From: an uncultured bacterium
GTDB taxonomy: Bacteria; Patescibacteriota; Minisyncoccia; Phycocordibacterales; GWA1-40-21
Direction: 5' to 3'
DNA length: 64,000 nt
Assembly: GCA_963716205.1 (NCBI GenBank)
Contig: OY970290.1
Coordinates: 239,417 to 303,416 of the forward strand
Shown here: positions 48,636 through 59,072 of the stretch, piece by piece
How the letters are laid out: each line of letters begins with the position of its first letter
Position numbering within the stretch: the stretch's first letter is position 1
Made by a program: the position numbers and the translations under genes
Notes under the pieces: generated by a model
The model's database searches: none
Seen by the model: only the letters and a program-made list of their open reading frames with translations
Told to the model about the DNA's origin: nothing

Positions 48636-50033
48636 ATGGCGCGAAAACTCATACAAGATATTTTTGTAAATGACAAGCCGGCGGATATCGTCCGGAAAGA
48701 TGTATCCGGCAAAAAAGAAGAGCCGAAAGAAGATTCAAAAAAAACTGAGTCAAATCAGAAAAAAGAATTTTTTGCCAAACGACAGGATTTCAAGAAAATT
48801 TTTACGGAAAGGAAAAAAGGTCTCGAAGTCATTGAGAGATATGACGAGCCGGAAGAAAAAATTTCAAAAAACTCACATATTTTCATTTGGATTATCTGTA
48901 TCATTGCGGTCGGCACGCTGCTCTTTTTTGTTTCATCCATTTTTTCCACCGCTGTCCTAACGATAACACCAAAGTCCGAGCCGGTAACATTGAATGATTT
49001 GTTTATGATTACAACATCGACAAGCACGGCTCAAAGTCTTGATTTACACTATCAGATAGAGACGCTTACGGAAACTATGTCACAGCCTCTCACAACAAAT
49101 GGCAGCAACAATGTTTCAGTAAAAGCGACAGGGAAAGCTATTATTTACAATGACTATAGCGCCGTGACCCAGCGGCTTATTACGAACACCCGTTTAGAAA
49201 CAACTGACGGTCTTATATATAGAATAACCGAACCGGTGGATGTGCCGGGGATTAAAACAGTGAATGGAGTCCAAACTCCTGGAAGCGTGGAGGTGACTAT
49301 CGTTGCCGATGCCCCAGGGACACAATATAATATGAAGCTTACGGACTTCAAGGGAGATTTCACCATACCAGGTTTTGAAGGTACGCCCCAATACAGCGGA
49401 TTTTATGCGCGGCTTTCAGCGGATGCCACTGGCGGCTATGTTGGAACCGCAAAGACCGTTTCCGCCGATGTTCTTTCCGCTGGCAGGACTGAATTGAAAA
49501 ATACTATTCAAGCCCAGCTGATAAAAGATATTTATTCTCAAAATCCAGATCAGGATACTATTTTCAAGAATGATTACTTTGTGACATACACTGATCTGCC
49601 GGACGCGGCAGACGCGACCAATTATACGATTTCCGAATCAGCGACCATGTATGCCATTGCATTCAACAAAAGCGAGCTCGCAGCTTTCATCGCGGAGGAT
49701 AAATTACCGGATTACGATAATTCTCCAGTCAATGCAATTTGGAATGACGACATGTCCGTTACGGTTTCTGGTATGACAGCTACGCCGTGGCTTGAAAATC
49801 AATTGAAAGCGACATTTTCCGGAGACGGCACTATTGTGTGGTCATATGATTCCAATAAAATCCTTGATGAAATAAAAGGTCAGGATAAATCCGTCCTTTC
49901 CGATATTTTGAATGAAAGCACCAGTTCAATCACTCAAATGACAGCGAGTATTATGCCGGCGTGGGACAATACATTCCCGAAAAATACCGCGAAAATCAAA
50001 ATTATCGATTCGGTGATGGATCAAGCGCAATAA
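48636..50033 (+). CDS. Membrane-anchored protein with a baseplate-J-like domain
   Basis: TM then KATGKAIIYN...TRL...GSVEVTIVADAPG. Confidence 0.6.
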   Translation: MARKLIQDIFVNDKPADIVRKDVSGKKEEPKEDSKKTESNQKKEFFAKRQDFKKIFTERKKGLEVIERYDEPEEKISKNSHIFIWIICIIAVGTLLFFVSSIFSTAVLTITPKSEPVTLNDLFMITTSTSTAQSLDLHYQIETLTETMSQPLTTNGSNNVSVKATGKAIIYNDYSAVTQRLITNTRLETTDGLIYRITEPVDVPGIKTVNGVQTPGSVEVTIVADAPGTQYNMKLTDFKGDFTIPGFEGTPQYSGFYARLSADATGGYVGTAKTVSADVLSAGRTELKNTIQAQLIKDIYSQNPDQDTIFKNDYFVTYTDLPDAADATNYTISESATMYAIAFNKSELAAFIAEDKLPDYDNSPVNAIWNDDMSVTVSGMTATPWLENQLKATFSGDGTIVWSYDSNKILDEIKGQDKSVLSDILNESTSSITQMTASIMPAWDNTFPKNTAKIKIIDSVMDQAQ

Positions 50034-50417
50034 AAATCCATAATGCAGTTGAGAAAATCTAGAAAAGTATTTTTGGCGCTTGGAGCCACCGCACTTTTAT
50101 TTTTTGCCGGTTTTGCCATTGCTGAAAATTCCTCAGGAAATGTTGCAAACCAGACTAGGCGCGGACAAGCATTGGTATCCCAATCAGTTATTGTTTTTTA
50201 AAATGGCACTAAAATCGCTCTTGATCATAAAAGAAGCCCCCAAAATGGGGACTCGGTAGTGCTGTGTTGAACGGGGGCGGATAAGCTAGAGAAACTACCC
50301 TTACAAATCAAGTTTGGAATCAATATCGGTGGTTTAATGGTGGAATTCGACTTTAGAAACAAAGTATCATTGACTCTCCCTCTATAATTTGTTAGTATAA
50401 GCCGTCGTTAATTAAAA

Positions 50418-50639
50418 ATGCCAATACCAAATAAAATCAAGGAAAGTGCTACCGGTATCGTGCTTGAAGCATTCCCGAACGCATTGTTCAAGGTCAAACT
50501 TGACAATGAAAAAGGCGAACTACTTTGCTATCTTGCCGGAAAAATGCGCCTTCACCGGATAAAGATTTTGATAGGAGATCGGGTGGATGTGGTGCTCGAT
50601 GAATACGGCGGAAAGGGCAGAATAACCAGGAGACTTTAA
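50418..50639 (+). CDS. infA: Translation initiation factor IF-1
   Basis: [18 protein letters not shown]. Confidence 0.95.
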   Translation: MPIPNKIKESATGIVLEAFPNALFKVKLDNEKGELLCYLAGKMRLHRIKILIGDRVDVVLDEYGGKGRITRRL

Positions 50640-50644
50640 ATAAT

Positions 50645-50761
50645 ATGAAAGTAAAAGCTTCAGTAAAAAATATTTGTGCGAAATGCAGGACTTTGCGAAG
50701 AAAGGGCAGAGTGCATGTTGTCTGTACGTCAAATCCTCGACATAAGCAAAGACAGGGATAA
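50645..50761 (+). CDS. rpmJ: 50S ribosomal protein L36
   Basis: [14 protein letters not shown]...[14 protein letters not shown]. Confidence 0.96.
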   Translation: MKVKASVKNICAKCRTLRRKGRVHVVCTSNPRHKQRQG

Positions 50762-50815
50762 AAGGGGTTGATTTTTTATGAAAGAAATGCTAGTCTAACA
50801 GTTCTTGTAATTTTT

Positions 50816-51196
50816 ATGCGCATCGCAGGTATCACAATTCCAGAAAACAAAAGATTGAAAGTCGGACTTACGGTGCTCTACGGCATCGGTCTTCCGCTTG
50901 CGAGGCAGATATTGGTTCAAGCAAAAGTCAGCGGCGACAAAAAGCCGGCAGAATTGACAGCTGATGAAGAGGCAAAAATCAGAAAAATCGTTGAAGCGAG
51001 AAAGATAGAAGGAGATTTGAAAAGAGAAGTTGCCGGAAATATCAAGCGGCTCAAAGATATCAAAAGTTTCCGTGGTTCGCGACATATGAAAAAGCTTCCG
51101 TCTCGCGGCCAAAGAACCAAGACCAATTCCCGAACACTCCGTGGCAACACCAGAAAGACCATGGGCACCGGCAGAAAGAAGGAGGACAAAAAATAA
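50816..51196 (+). CDS. rpsM: 30S ribosomal protein S13
   Basis: MRIAGITIP, RGQRTKTNSRT. Confidence 0.97.
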   Translation: MRIAGITIPENKRLKVGLTVLYGIGLPLARQILVQAKVSGDKKPAELTADEEAKIRKIVEARKIEGDLKREVAGNIKRLKDIKSFRGSRHMKKLPSRGQRTKTNSRTLRGNTRKTMGTGRKKEDKK

Positions 51197-51216
51197 TATC
51201 TAATACATAACGAACA

Positions 51217-51651
51217 ATGGGTAAGAAACGAATAGTAAAAACGGAAGATACAAAAGAAGGAGCAAAAGCGGCTCTGGAAGTAAAAAAATCATCAAAGAAA
51301 CGAGTTGATGCGGGTATTTTGTATGTTCAATCCACATATAATAATACAATGGTCCTTTTGACCGACAAAAAAGGAAATGCACTTCTCGCGTCATCCGCAG
51401 GCGCGCTTGGTTTCAAAGGTGCAAAGAAAGGTACGCCGTTTGCAGCTGCAAAAGTCGGCGAAGTGCTCGGTGAAAAAGCCATGGATTTCGGACTGAAAGA
51501 AATTGATGTCGTTGTCAAAGGCGTCGGCTCGGGACGAGAGTCAGCTATCCGGGGTTTCATTTCAAAAGGCGGCGTAAACATTACCAATATCAAAGACGAA
51601 ACGCCGGTGCCGCACAATGGTCCGAAGCCGAAGAAACCGCGAAGAGTATAA
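51217..51651 (+). CDS. rpsK: 30S ribosomal protein S11
   Basis: TYNNT, KKGTPFAA, TPVPHNG. Confidence 0.97.
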   Translation: MGKKRIVKTEDTKEGAKAALEVKKSSKKRVDAGILYVQSTYNNTMVLLTDKKGNALLASSAGALGFKGAKKGTPFAAAKVGEVLGEKAMDFGLKEIDVVVKGVGSGRESAIRGFISKGGVNITNIKDETPVPHNGPKPKKPRRV

Positions 51652-51663
51652 TTTAATTTCAAT

Positions 51664-52269
51664 ATGATAACAGGAAAAAGATACAAAATAGCAAAGAGAC
51701 TCGGCGCAAGCGTTTTTGAAAAAACGCAGGGCAAAAAGTTTGCCTTGAGAATGGATGCAAAAAAAGCAGCTCGACCGAAGAGAGCAGGATCGGATTTCGG
51801 CGTACAGCTTATTGAAAAGCAGAGAGCAAAAGTTACCTACGGTGTCGGTGAGAAACAGTTCAAAAATTCCGTCCAAAAAATCCTCAACAAAAAATCATCA
51901 AATATAAATGAAGCTCTTGTCGCGGAGCTTGAAACGCGGCTCGACAATGTCATCTATCGCCTTGGTTTTGCAAAATCACGCCAGGCGGCGCGACAGATGG
52001 TCAATCACGGACACATCAATATCAACGGCAAAAGACAATCGATTCCTTCTTATAAAGTGAGTGTCGGAGATGTCATTGCGATACGGGAGGGAAGCTTGAA
52101 GAAAGGATTGTTCACGGATTTGAATGACCGGCTGAAAGAGCAGAGAATCCCTTCATGGCTCGCGCTTGATGCAGCAAAGAGGGAAGCGAAAGTGCAGGGT
52201 ATGCCGAAGATTGCGCCGAATGAAATTGCCTTCGATGTTTCAGCGATATTCCAGTATTACAGCAAATAA
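51664..52269 (+). CDS. rpsD: 30S ribosomal protein S4
   Basis: LETRLDNVIYRLGFA, ARQMVNHGH. Confidence 0.97.
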   Translation: MITGKRYKIAKRLGASVFEKTQGKKFALRMDAKKAARPKRAGSDFGVQLIEKQRAKVTYGVGEKQFKNSVQKILNKKSSNINEALVAELETRLDNVIYRLGFAKSRQAARQMVNHGHININGKRQSIPSYKVSVGDVIAIREGSLKKGLFTDLNDRLKEQRIPSWLALDAAKREAKVQGMPKIAPNEIAFDVSAIFQYYSK

Positions 52270-52319
52270 AAATATCATTTAGTTAGCAAAAATTTTATTA
52301 ATTTTAATAAAGAAAAAAT

Positions 52320-53279
52320 ATGCCCGATCAATATAAAATAATATTGCCATCAAAACCAAAAATCATCGCCGAAGATGCGCATTCCGGAACGTATGAAATC
52401 GAAGGTTTGTATCCGGGATACGGACACACGCTTGGAAATTCTTTAAGAAGAATCATCCTTTCGTCAATTCCGGGAGTCGCGATCATTTCAGTCAAGATAA
52501 ACGGCGCCGAGCACGAATTTTCCACACTCAAAGGTGTCAAAGAAGATGTGATCAATATTATTTTGAATTTGAAGCAGGTTCGGTTCAAAGTCGTCAATGA
52601 TGAGCTTCAGACAGTTGAATTAAAAATCAAAGGTGTGAGCGAAGTGACAGCTGGAGACATCAAAGTTCCCGGTCAGGTTGAAGTTTTGAATCCTGAACAT
52701 CATATCGCATCGATTACCGACAAGAATACGGAGCTTGTCATTGAAATGAAAATCCAGAAAGGCCTCGGATTCGTGCCGAAAGAAATCATCCAGAAAAATA
52801 AAATGGAAATAGGAATGATTGCACTTGATGCCATTTTTACTCCCATCAGAAGAGTGAACTATGATGTGGAAAATATGCGCGTCGGTGACAGGACTGATTT
52901 CAATAAATTGAAGATATCAATAGAAACGGACGGTTCGATTACACCGAAAGAAACGCTTGAAAAATCCATCTTTATTATGATAGAACAGTTGAAGGCAATT
53001 GTCGGTTTTGAAGAGCCGGTGGAAGAGAAACTCGAGAAGAAATCGGAAAAAGGCTCGGGCGAAGAAAAAGAAGTTGATGCAGAATTTTTGAAAACACGGA
53101 TCGAAGGATTGGATTTGTCGGTCAGAACGGTTAATGCGCTTTCTGCCGCAAACATTCGCACGGTCGGCGGCTTGGCAAAAAAGAAGGAAAAAGATCTGAC
53201 GGATATTGACGGTCTCGGCGCAAAAGGCATTCAGGAAATCAAAAAAGTCTTGTCAAACTACGGCATCACATTGAAATAA
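52320..53279 (+). CDS. rpoA: RNA polymerase alpha subunit
   Basis: GYGHTLGNSLRR, HEFSTLKGVKED, LSVRTVNAL. Confidence 0.98.
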   Translation: MPDQYKIILPSKPKIIAEDAHSGTYEIEGLYPGYGHTLGNSLRRIILSSIPGVAIISVKINGAEHEFSTLKGVKEDVINIILNLKQVRFKVVNDELQTVELKIKGVSEVTAGDIKVPGQVEVLNPEHHIASITDKNTELVIEMKIQKGLGFVPKEIIQKNKMEIGMIALDAIFTPIRRVNYDVENMRVGDRTDFNKLKISIETDGSITPKETLEKSIFIMIEQLKAIVGFEEPVEEKLEKKSEKGSGEEKEVDAEFLKTRIEGLDLSVRTVNALSAANIRTVGGLAKKKEKDLTDIDGLGAKGIQEIKKVLSNYGITLK

Positions 53280-53288
53280 TCCATTATC

Positions 53289-53636
53289 ATGTTACATTCC
53301 AACAAGAACAAACAGCTATCAAGAATGAGAAACGGAAGAAATGCGCTCATCAAAACGCTCGGTGTTTCTCTTGTCCGCGACGGCAAAATAACCACAACAG
53401 TTATCAAAGCGAAAGTTTTGAAATCATTCATCGAGAAGCTGGTGACAAAAGGAAAAGCTGGAACGCTCGCTGCACACAAGCTTTTGGCAAAAAATATCGG
53501 TCCGACTGCTGCGCAGAAAATTGTCAAAGTGATTGCGCCGAAATATAAAGACAGAAATGGCGGCTACACGAGAGTGATCAAGATGAAAAGAAGAACATCG
53601 GATGGTGCAAGCATGGCGGTCATAGAATTTGTATAA
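53289..53636 (+). CDS. rplQ: 50S ribosomal protein L17
   Basis: ITTTVIKAK, RNGGYTR. Confidence 0.96.
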   Translation: MLHSNKNKQLSRMRNGRNALIKTLGVSLVRDGKITTTVIKAKVLKSFIEKLVTKGKAGTLAAHKLLAKNIGPTAAQKIVKVIAPKYKDRNGGYTRVIKMKRRTSDGASMAVIEFV

Positions 53637-53645
53637 TAAAAATAT

Positions 53646-53996
53646 ATGGAAAAGAAAATTTACACAATAGATGCGACGGGAGGAAAAATTGGCAGGGTAG
53701 CGACAAAAGTTGTGACGATTTTGACTGGTAAAAACAGAGCGGATTATGCTCGCAATAAAGTTTTTGATGTTCAAGTAGTGATCAATAATGCTTCAAAGCT
53801 CGATATCGCTGAAAGTAAACTTGGAAATATGTATAAAAGATATTCTGGATATCCTGGCGGACTTTCTGAAAAAAGTATGGAGCAGATTATCGAGAAGAAA
53901 GGCAAAGCTGCAATATTAAAACTTGCCATTTCTGGAATGATTCCGCACAACAAACTCAAATCAAGGATTATCAAGAATGTTTTGATCAACGAATAA
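53646..53996 (+). CDS. rplM: 50S ribosomal protein L13
   Basis: IDATGGKIGR, YSGYPGGL, GMIP. Confidence 0.95.
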   Translation: MEKKIYTIDATGGKIGRVATKVVTILTGKNRADYARNKVFDVQVVINNASKLDIAESKLGNMYKRYSGYPGGLSEKSMEQIIEKKGKAAILKLAISGMIPHNKLKSRIIKNVLINE

Positions 53997-54001
53997 AATT
54001 T

Positions 54002-54430
54002 ATGGAAAAAACAACAAAAACAAAATCAGAAAGCGGAGCACGATATGTGGAAGCTGTCGGAAGACGAAAAACTTCGATCGCCCGAGTCCGAGCAACTCCA
54101 TCTGCAAAAGGTTCTATTTCCATCAATGGTGGAAAAAACGTTAATGATTATTTTAAAGTGGAAGCACATCAGATTTCTGCGCTTGAATCTTTGAAAAAGG
54201 GAGGTAAAGAAAACGAGCTTACCATTACTGCGATGATTTCCGGCGGCGGGATCAATTCTCAAGCGGAAGCTTTGAGGCACGCTATTGCCAGAGTTCTCAT
54301 CAAGATGGATCCGGCGCTCCGAAAGGATTTGAAAAAAGAAGGATTCCTCAAAAGAGATCCTCGGGCAAAAGAGAGACGAAAGTTTGGCCTCAAAAAAGCG
54401 AGAAAGGCTCCTCAGTGGTCAAAAAGATAA
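54002..54430 (+). CDS. rpsI: 30S ribosomal protein S9
   Basis: GRRKTSIARV, ERRKFGLKKARKAPQWSKR. Confidence 0.97.
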   Translation: MEKTTKTKSESGARYVEAVGRRKTSIARVRATPSAKGSISINGGKNVNDYFKVEAHQISALESLKKGGKENELTITAMISGGGINSQAEALRHAIARVLIKMDPALRKDLKKEGFLKRDPRAKERRKFGLKKARKAPQWSKR

Positions 54431-54434
54431 AAGA

Positions 54435-54467
54435 AAATCCCCGAGAAATATTCCTCGGGGATTTTTT
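54435..54467 (+). terminator. Terminator of the ribosomal operon
   Basis: AAAATCCCCGAG...CTCGGGGATTTTT. Confidence 0.8.
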
Positions 54468-54526
54468 ATAAAAAAAAGCCCGTTTCCTCCTGAAAGGAAA
54501 CGGGCGGGTCAGCTTGAAAGGGGAGA

Positions 54527-54643
54527 TTAGTTGTTCTCGTCATCTGCCATCTGGCCGTTTCCTTGGGCACTTGTGACTCCAAAGAGTTTGACGAAAGCGG
54601 ACAGCTCTCCCTGATCTTCATTCTCGATGCTTTTGTTGTTCAT
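54527..54643 (-). CDS. Unannotated 38-aa small protein
   Basis: MNNKSIENEDQGELSAFVKLFGVTSAQGNGQMADDENN*; GGAGG SD, TTGACA-17-TAAACT promoter and own terminator at about 54470-54505. Confidence 0.6.
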   Translation of the reverse strand: MNNKSIENEDQGELSAFVKLFGVTSAQGNGQMADDENN

Positions 54644-54765
54644 GGAACTTCCTCCGGTAAAAAATCACTGCATTTCTGAAACTAGAATTAGTTTAGCATA
54701 TCATTGATAATATGTCAAGTATATTACGTAATATAAAACTTGATTTATAAAAAAAGTATGATAAA

Positions 54766-55317
54766 ATGGCTATAAATATGAACAAAAACGACGAAAATAA
54801 CGACATAATATATGATGAGAATGAAACTCTGGAAGAGCTAGTCAAAAAGCTGAAAGAAAGGATAAAAACTCTTGAAAAAGAAAAACAGGAATACATGAAC
54901 GGCTGGCAAAGGGAGCGCGCCGATTTCGTCAATTACAAAAAACGGGTTGAGAATGAAAAGCTCGAGGTTATCAAATACGGAAATGAAAATCTGGTTTCCG
55001 AGCTTGTGCCCGTGCTTGACTCTTTTGAAATGGCCTTTGCAAATAAAGAGGCTTGGGAAAAGGCGGACAAAAATTGGCGGATTGGCGTGGAATATATTCA
55101 TTCGCAGCTCATCAAAATTCTCGATGAAAACGGTTTGAAAATAATGGATCCTCTCGGCGAGAAATTTGATCCAAAATTTCATGTTGCAGAAGAACATATT
55201 GAAACGGAGGATGAAAAGCAAGACGGCATCATTACAAAAGTAGTGAAGAAAGGATATATGCTCAGCGGTAGAGTAATCATCGCACCGAAAGTTGTTGTGG
55301 CGGAGTATAAGAAATAG
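54766..55317 (+). CDS. grpE: Nucleotide exchange factor GrpE
   Basis: RERADFVNYKKR, FDPKFH, KGYML. Confidence 0.95.
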   Translation: MAINMNKNDENNDIIYDENETLEELVKKLKERIKTLEKEKQEYMNGWQRERADFVNYKKRVENEKLEVIKYGNENLVSELVPVLDSFEMAFANKEAWEKADKNWRIGVEYIHSQLIKILDENGLKIMDPLGEKFDPKFHVAEEHIETEDEKQDGIITKVVKKGYMLSGRVIIAPKVVVAEYKK

Positions 55318-55330
55318 TATAATAAAAGCT

Positions 55331-55633
55331 ATGTTAGCAATCCAAAAACAACCGAAATTTTTGAGAAAAACAATGCGCTTGCCGAATGGAGAGCTCGTTT
55401 TGGTTGTGTTTGAATTGATTGAAACCAATGGCAAAGTTATTGCAAAAGCAGTTTATGGAGAAATATTGCAGAGCATGGTTCCGGCACAGGAGACGATGGT
55501 CGCACTTCCGGTTTATTTTGAAAGACAGAATATTGTACCTGTCGTCAGTCCATTTTTTGCATATGTTTCAAAATTGGTAAAAGATTTTTCATTCGTTACC
55601 TCCCAATCCACTCGGGCGCCGAATTTTATATAA
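55331..55633 (+). CDS. Hypothetical protein between grpE and dnaK
   Basis: 100-aa ORF filling the gap. Confidence 0.6.
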   Translation: MLAIQKQPKFLRKTMRLPNGELVLVVFELIETNGKVIAKAVYGEILQSMVPAQETMVALPVYFERQNIVPVVSPFFAYVSKLVKDFSFVTSQSTRAPNFI

Positions 55634-55717
55634 AACGCCAAAGAAAATTTCTTTGGCATAACAAAAGTATTATTAGTACTTGTTTTTTAAATTATTCATT
55701 ATTAACTTATCAAAATT

Positions 55718-57616
55718 ATGTCAAAAATTATAGGAATAGATTTGGGAACGACATTTTCGGCGATGGCGGTGATGGAGGGAAATGCTCCCAAGATCATTGA
55801 GAATGCCGAGGGCGCAAGAACCACACCGTCTATCGTTGCAACGACCAAGACCGGAGAGAGACTCGTTGGACTTTTGGCGCGCAGACAGGCAGTGACCAAT
55901 CCGAAAAACACGATTTTTCAGATTAAAAGATTTATGGGTCACCTGTATGATGATGCCGGTGTGCAGAAAGACAAAGCATCGGTTTCATTTGATGTCTTAA
56001 AATCCGCAAATGGCGGCGTGGAAGTTGCGATGGGCGGGAAGAATTACCGACCAGAAGAAGTTTCCGCAATGATCTTGCAGAAATTGAAAGCGGATGCGGA
56101 AGCGAGGCTCGGAGAAAAGATCACTGACGCGGTCATTACTGTGCCGGCATATTTCAACGACTCGCAGAGACAGGCGACAAAAGATGCGGGACAGATCGCA
56201 GGACTCAATGTTTTGAGAATCATCAACGAGCCGACGGCAGCCGCGCTTGCATACGGTTTGAACAAAAACAAAAATGAAAAGATCGCGGTGTACGATTTCG
56301 GAGGCGGAACATTTGATGTTTCGATCTTGGAAATCGGAGACAGCGTGGTTGAAGTCAGATCGACTGATGGCGACTCGCACCTCGGTGGACGCGATATCGA
56401 CAAGAAGATTGTTGACTGGCTTGCGGATCAATTCATGAAAGAAAACGGAATTGATTTGAGGAAAGATTCTTTGTCGCTTCAGAGACTTGATGAAGCTGCA
56501 GAAAAAGCAAAGATAGAGCTTTCGACTGCACTTGAAACGGAAATAAATATTCCGTTTGTCACATCGGATGCAAACGGTCCAAAGCATTTGTTGGTAAAAT
56601 TATCGAGAGCGACTTTGGAAAATCTCACAAAAGAATTTATTGATCGATCAATTGAGATTTCAAAGCGAGCGATTTCAGCTTCACCATTCAAGATTGAAGA
56701 TATCAACGAAGTGATCATGGTCGGCGGACAGACGAGAATGCCAGCAATTGTTGCTGCAGTCAAAGCTTTGTTTGGAAAGGAGCCGAATCTCACGGTGAAT
56801 CCGGATGAAGTGGTGGCGCTCGGCGCTGCGGTGCAGGGTGGAATTTTGCGTGGTGATGTCAAAGATGTTCTGCTTCTTGATGTCATTCCGCTTGCACTTG
56901 GTATTGAAACGATGGGCGGAGTGGCGACGCACTTGGTGGAAAAAAACACGACCATTCCGACTTCTCGAAGTCAGGTATTTTCGACGGCGGCGGACAATCA
57001 AACCTCGGTGGAAATCCATATTGTGCAAGGCGAGCGCTCAATGGCGAAAGACAATAAATCGCTCGGGAAATTCATTCTTGATGGGATCGCACCAGCACCA
57101 CGAGGTATTCCGCAAGTGGAGGTCACTTTTGATGTGGATGCAAACGGAATTCTCAACGTCAAAGCAAAAGATAAAACGACGGGCAAAGAGCAGTCCATAC
57201 GAATTGAGGCGAGCTCGGGTCTGAAAAAAGAGGACATTGAAAAAATGCAAAAAGATGCCGAGATGCATGCGGAAGAGGACAAAAAACAAAAGGAAGTTGT
57301 CGAGGTGAAAAATGTTGCCGAGCAAATGATGTATACTGCCGAAAAATCAATCAAAGACAACAAAGACAAAATTCCGGCGGAAATTATCAAAAGTGTAACG
57401 GATGCAGTTACTGATGTAAGAACGGCAAATGCCGGATCGGACATCACTCTTATCAAATCAAAGACTGAAGCTCTTTCGACCGAGATGCAGAAAATAGGCG
57501 AAGCGATGGCAAAAGCAAATCAGGCAAATCCGGGGCAAACTGCGGGCACGGAAAATAAAGGAGATAATGTGAAAGATGCCGAATACAAAGAGACGGGCAC
57601 TGATGAAAAGAAATAA
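55718..57616 (+). CDS. dnaK: Chaperone DnaK
   Basis: [24 protein letters not shown]. Confidence 0.98.
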   Translation: MSKIIGIDLGTTFSAMAVMEGNAPKIIENAEGARTTPSIVATTKTGERLVGLLARRQAVTNPKNTIFQIKRFMGHLYDDAGVQKDKASVSFDVLKSANGGVEVAMGGKNYRPEEVSAMILQKLKADAEARLGEKITDAVITVPAYFNDSQRQATKDAGQIAGLNVLRIINEPTAAALAYGLNKNKNEKIAVYDFGGGTFDVSILEIGDSVVEVRSTDGDSHLGGRDIDKKIVDWLADQFMKENGIDLRKDSLSLQRLDEAAEKAKIELSTALETEINIPFVTSDANGPKHLLVKLSRATLENLTKEFIDRSIEISKRAISASPFKIEDINEVIMVGGQTRMPAIVAAVKALFGKEPNLTVNPDEVVALGAAVQGGILRGDVKDVLLLDVIPLALGIETMGGVATHLVEKNTTIPTSRSQVFSTAADNQTSVEIHIVQGERSMAKDNKSLGKFILDGIAPAPRGIPQVEVTFDVDANGILNVKAKDKTTGKEQSIRIEASSGLKKEDIEKMQKDAEMHAEEDKKQKEVVEVKNVAEQMMYTAEKSIKDNKDKIPAEIIKSVTDAVTDVRTANAGSDITLIKSKTEALSTEMQKIGEAMAKANQANPGQTAGTENKGDNVKDAEYKETGTDEKK

Positions 57617-58500
57617 TGGCACAAAAAGATTATTACAAAATTCTCGGCGTGGAGAAGAACGCAAGTGCGGAAGATATTAAAAAAGCTTTTCGGAAACTTG
57701 CGCTCGAACATCATCCTGATAAAGGCGGCAACGCAGAAAAGTTCAAAGAAGTGAGCGAGGCTTACAGTGTGCTTAGCGATCCTGCAAAACGCACGCAATA
57801 CGACACCTATGGAAACGCAGGTCCGCAAGCTTCATACGGTGCGGGCGGATTTGGAGCGGGTCAGGGTTTTGAAGGATTTGATTTTTCCGGCTTTCAGCAG
57901 GGGCAGAATTTTGATTTTGATCTCGGAGATATTTTCGGCGAATTTTTCGGAGGAAATTTTTCCCGGCGGCAGAAAAAAGGCAGGGATATTTCCGTGGATT
58001 TGGAAATCTCATTTCATGAATCAGTTTTTGGCGCACAAAAACAGATACGATTTACAAAGACTTCAGAGGGGAAATTGAAAGAAGAAAAATTCACGGTAAG
58101 CATACCCGCTGATATCAATGACGGGCAAACGCTCCGGCTTCCGAATGCCGGCGAGCCGATAGCAGGCGGCATGAACGGTGATTTGTTTATCAGAGTTCAT
58201 GTCAAAGACGATCATCTCTTCAAAAAAGAAGGCAAAAATCTTGTTACAGAATTGAATATCAAATTAACCGATGCCGTGCTCGGCGCGAAATATCAGCTCA
58301 AAACGCTTGATGGCGATATTGAATTGAAAATTCCGGAAGGCGTGGAGTTTGGCCAAACGCTTCGCGTTAAAGGCAAAGGAATTCCGTATGGTTCTAGCAA
58401 GCGCGGTGATTTGTTTGTGAAGATCAATATCAAAACACCAAACAAGCTTTCGCGGAAAGCAAAAGAGAATTTTGAAAATCTGAAAAAAGAAGGATTGTAG
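57616..58500 (+). CDS. dnaJ: DnaJ-family co-chaperone lacking the zinc finger
   Basis: HPD J-domain, G/F region, C-terminal domain; no CxxCxGxG. Confidence 0.88.
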   Translation: MAQKDYYKILGVEKNASAEDIKKAFRKLALEHHPDKGGNAEKFKEVSEAYSVLSDPAKRTQYDTYGNAGPQASYGAGGFGAGQGFEGFDFSGFQQGQNFDFDLGDIFGEFFGGNFSRRQKKGRDISVDLEISFHESVFGAQKQIRFTKTSEGKLKEEKFTVSIPADINDGQTLRLPNAGEPIAGGMNGDLFIRVHVKDDHLFKKEGKNLVTELNIKLTDAVLGAKYQLKTLDGDIELKIPEGVEFGQTLRVKGKGIPYGSSKRGDLFVKINIKTPNKLSRKAKENFENLKKEGL

Positions 58501-58514
58501 AATTACAATTCGAA

Positions 58515-58556
58515 AATTCAAAAGAGCGGCGCCTTCAGCGCCGCTCTTTTGAATTT
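58515..58556. terminator. Terminator after dnaJ
   Basis: AAATTCAAAAGAGCGGCGC...GCGCCGCTCTTTTGAATTT. Confidence 0.85.
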
Positions 58557-58624
58557 CTTTTCATTTATCCACAGTTTTTTCTTGTTACCTTGCTTCCCGG
58601 ATCTAAAAATGATCTAATTGGATC

Positions 58625-59071
58625 ATGTTAAAGATCAAGAAAATAAGCAACAAAGAATCTGGAAATTCAGGAGAAAAAGAAATTGTTAAGATTGTTCCAT
58701 GTCCAAATTGTGGAAAAAAATTAATGTTGCTCCCAGCTAATTATCCGTTATTTGATGTTCAATGTACAGGATGTTCTTTTCGCGCACAAGTAAAAACAAA
58801 CAAAAATAAACCAAAATCAGTTGTTTTTGGTGCCGGGTGGCAGATTATGAATAAAGTTTTAAAGTCTGGATATATGACACCGCCACTTTTTCTTAATTTT
58901 AAATGGGAAGAAAAAGAAAAATTTAAACAAGAAATACGATTCTATCCATTTGTGCCAAAAAAGAATTTATCTAATTATACACTTTCAAAAACTGCTCATC
59001 GGGCAAATTATGAAATGTTCACTTATGTTGAAATGGACAAGTTACCATATTTTTTAGTATTCAAAAAATAA
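58625..59071 (+). CDS. DpnI-like zinc-ribbon endonuclease domain protein
   Basis: GE...CPNC...FDVQCTGC...QVK...GAGW. Confidence 0.6.
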   Translation: MLKIKKISNKESGNSGEKEIVKIVPCPNCGKKLMLLPANYPLFDVQCTGCSFRAQVKTNKNKPKSVVFGAGWQIMNKVLKSGYMTPPLFLNFKWEEKEKFKQEIRFYPFVPKKNLSNYTLSKTAHRANYEMFTYVEMDKLPYFLVFKK

Positions 59072-59072
59072 T

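Noticed and set aside
48636-50033. Prophage, based on the baseplate-J-like domain
   Set aside because: No other phage genes; it is membrane anchored and embedded in housekeeping context.
50043-50201. 52-aa signal-peptide-like ORF before infA
   Set aside because: Too short and unsupported; may be a remnant.
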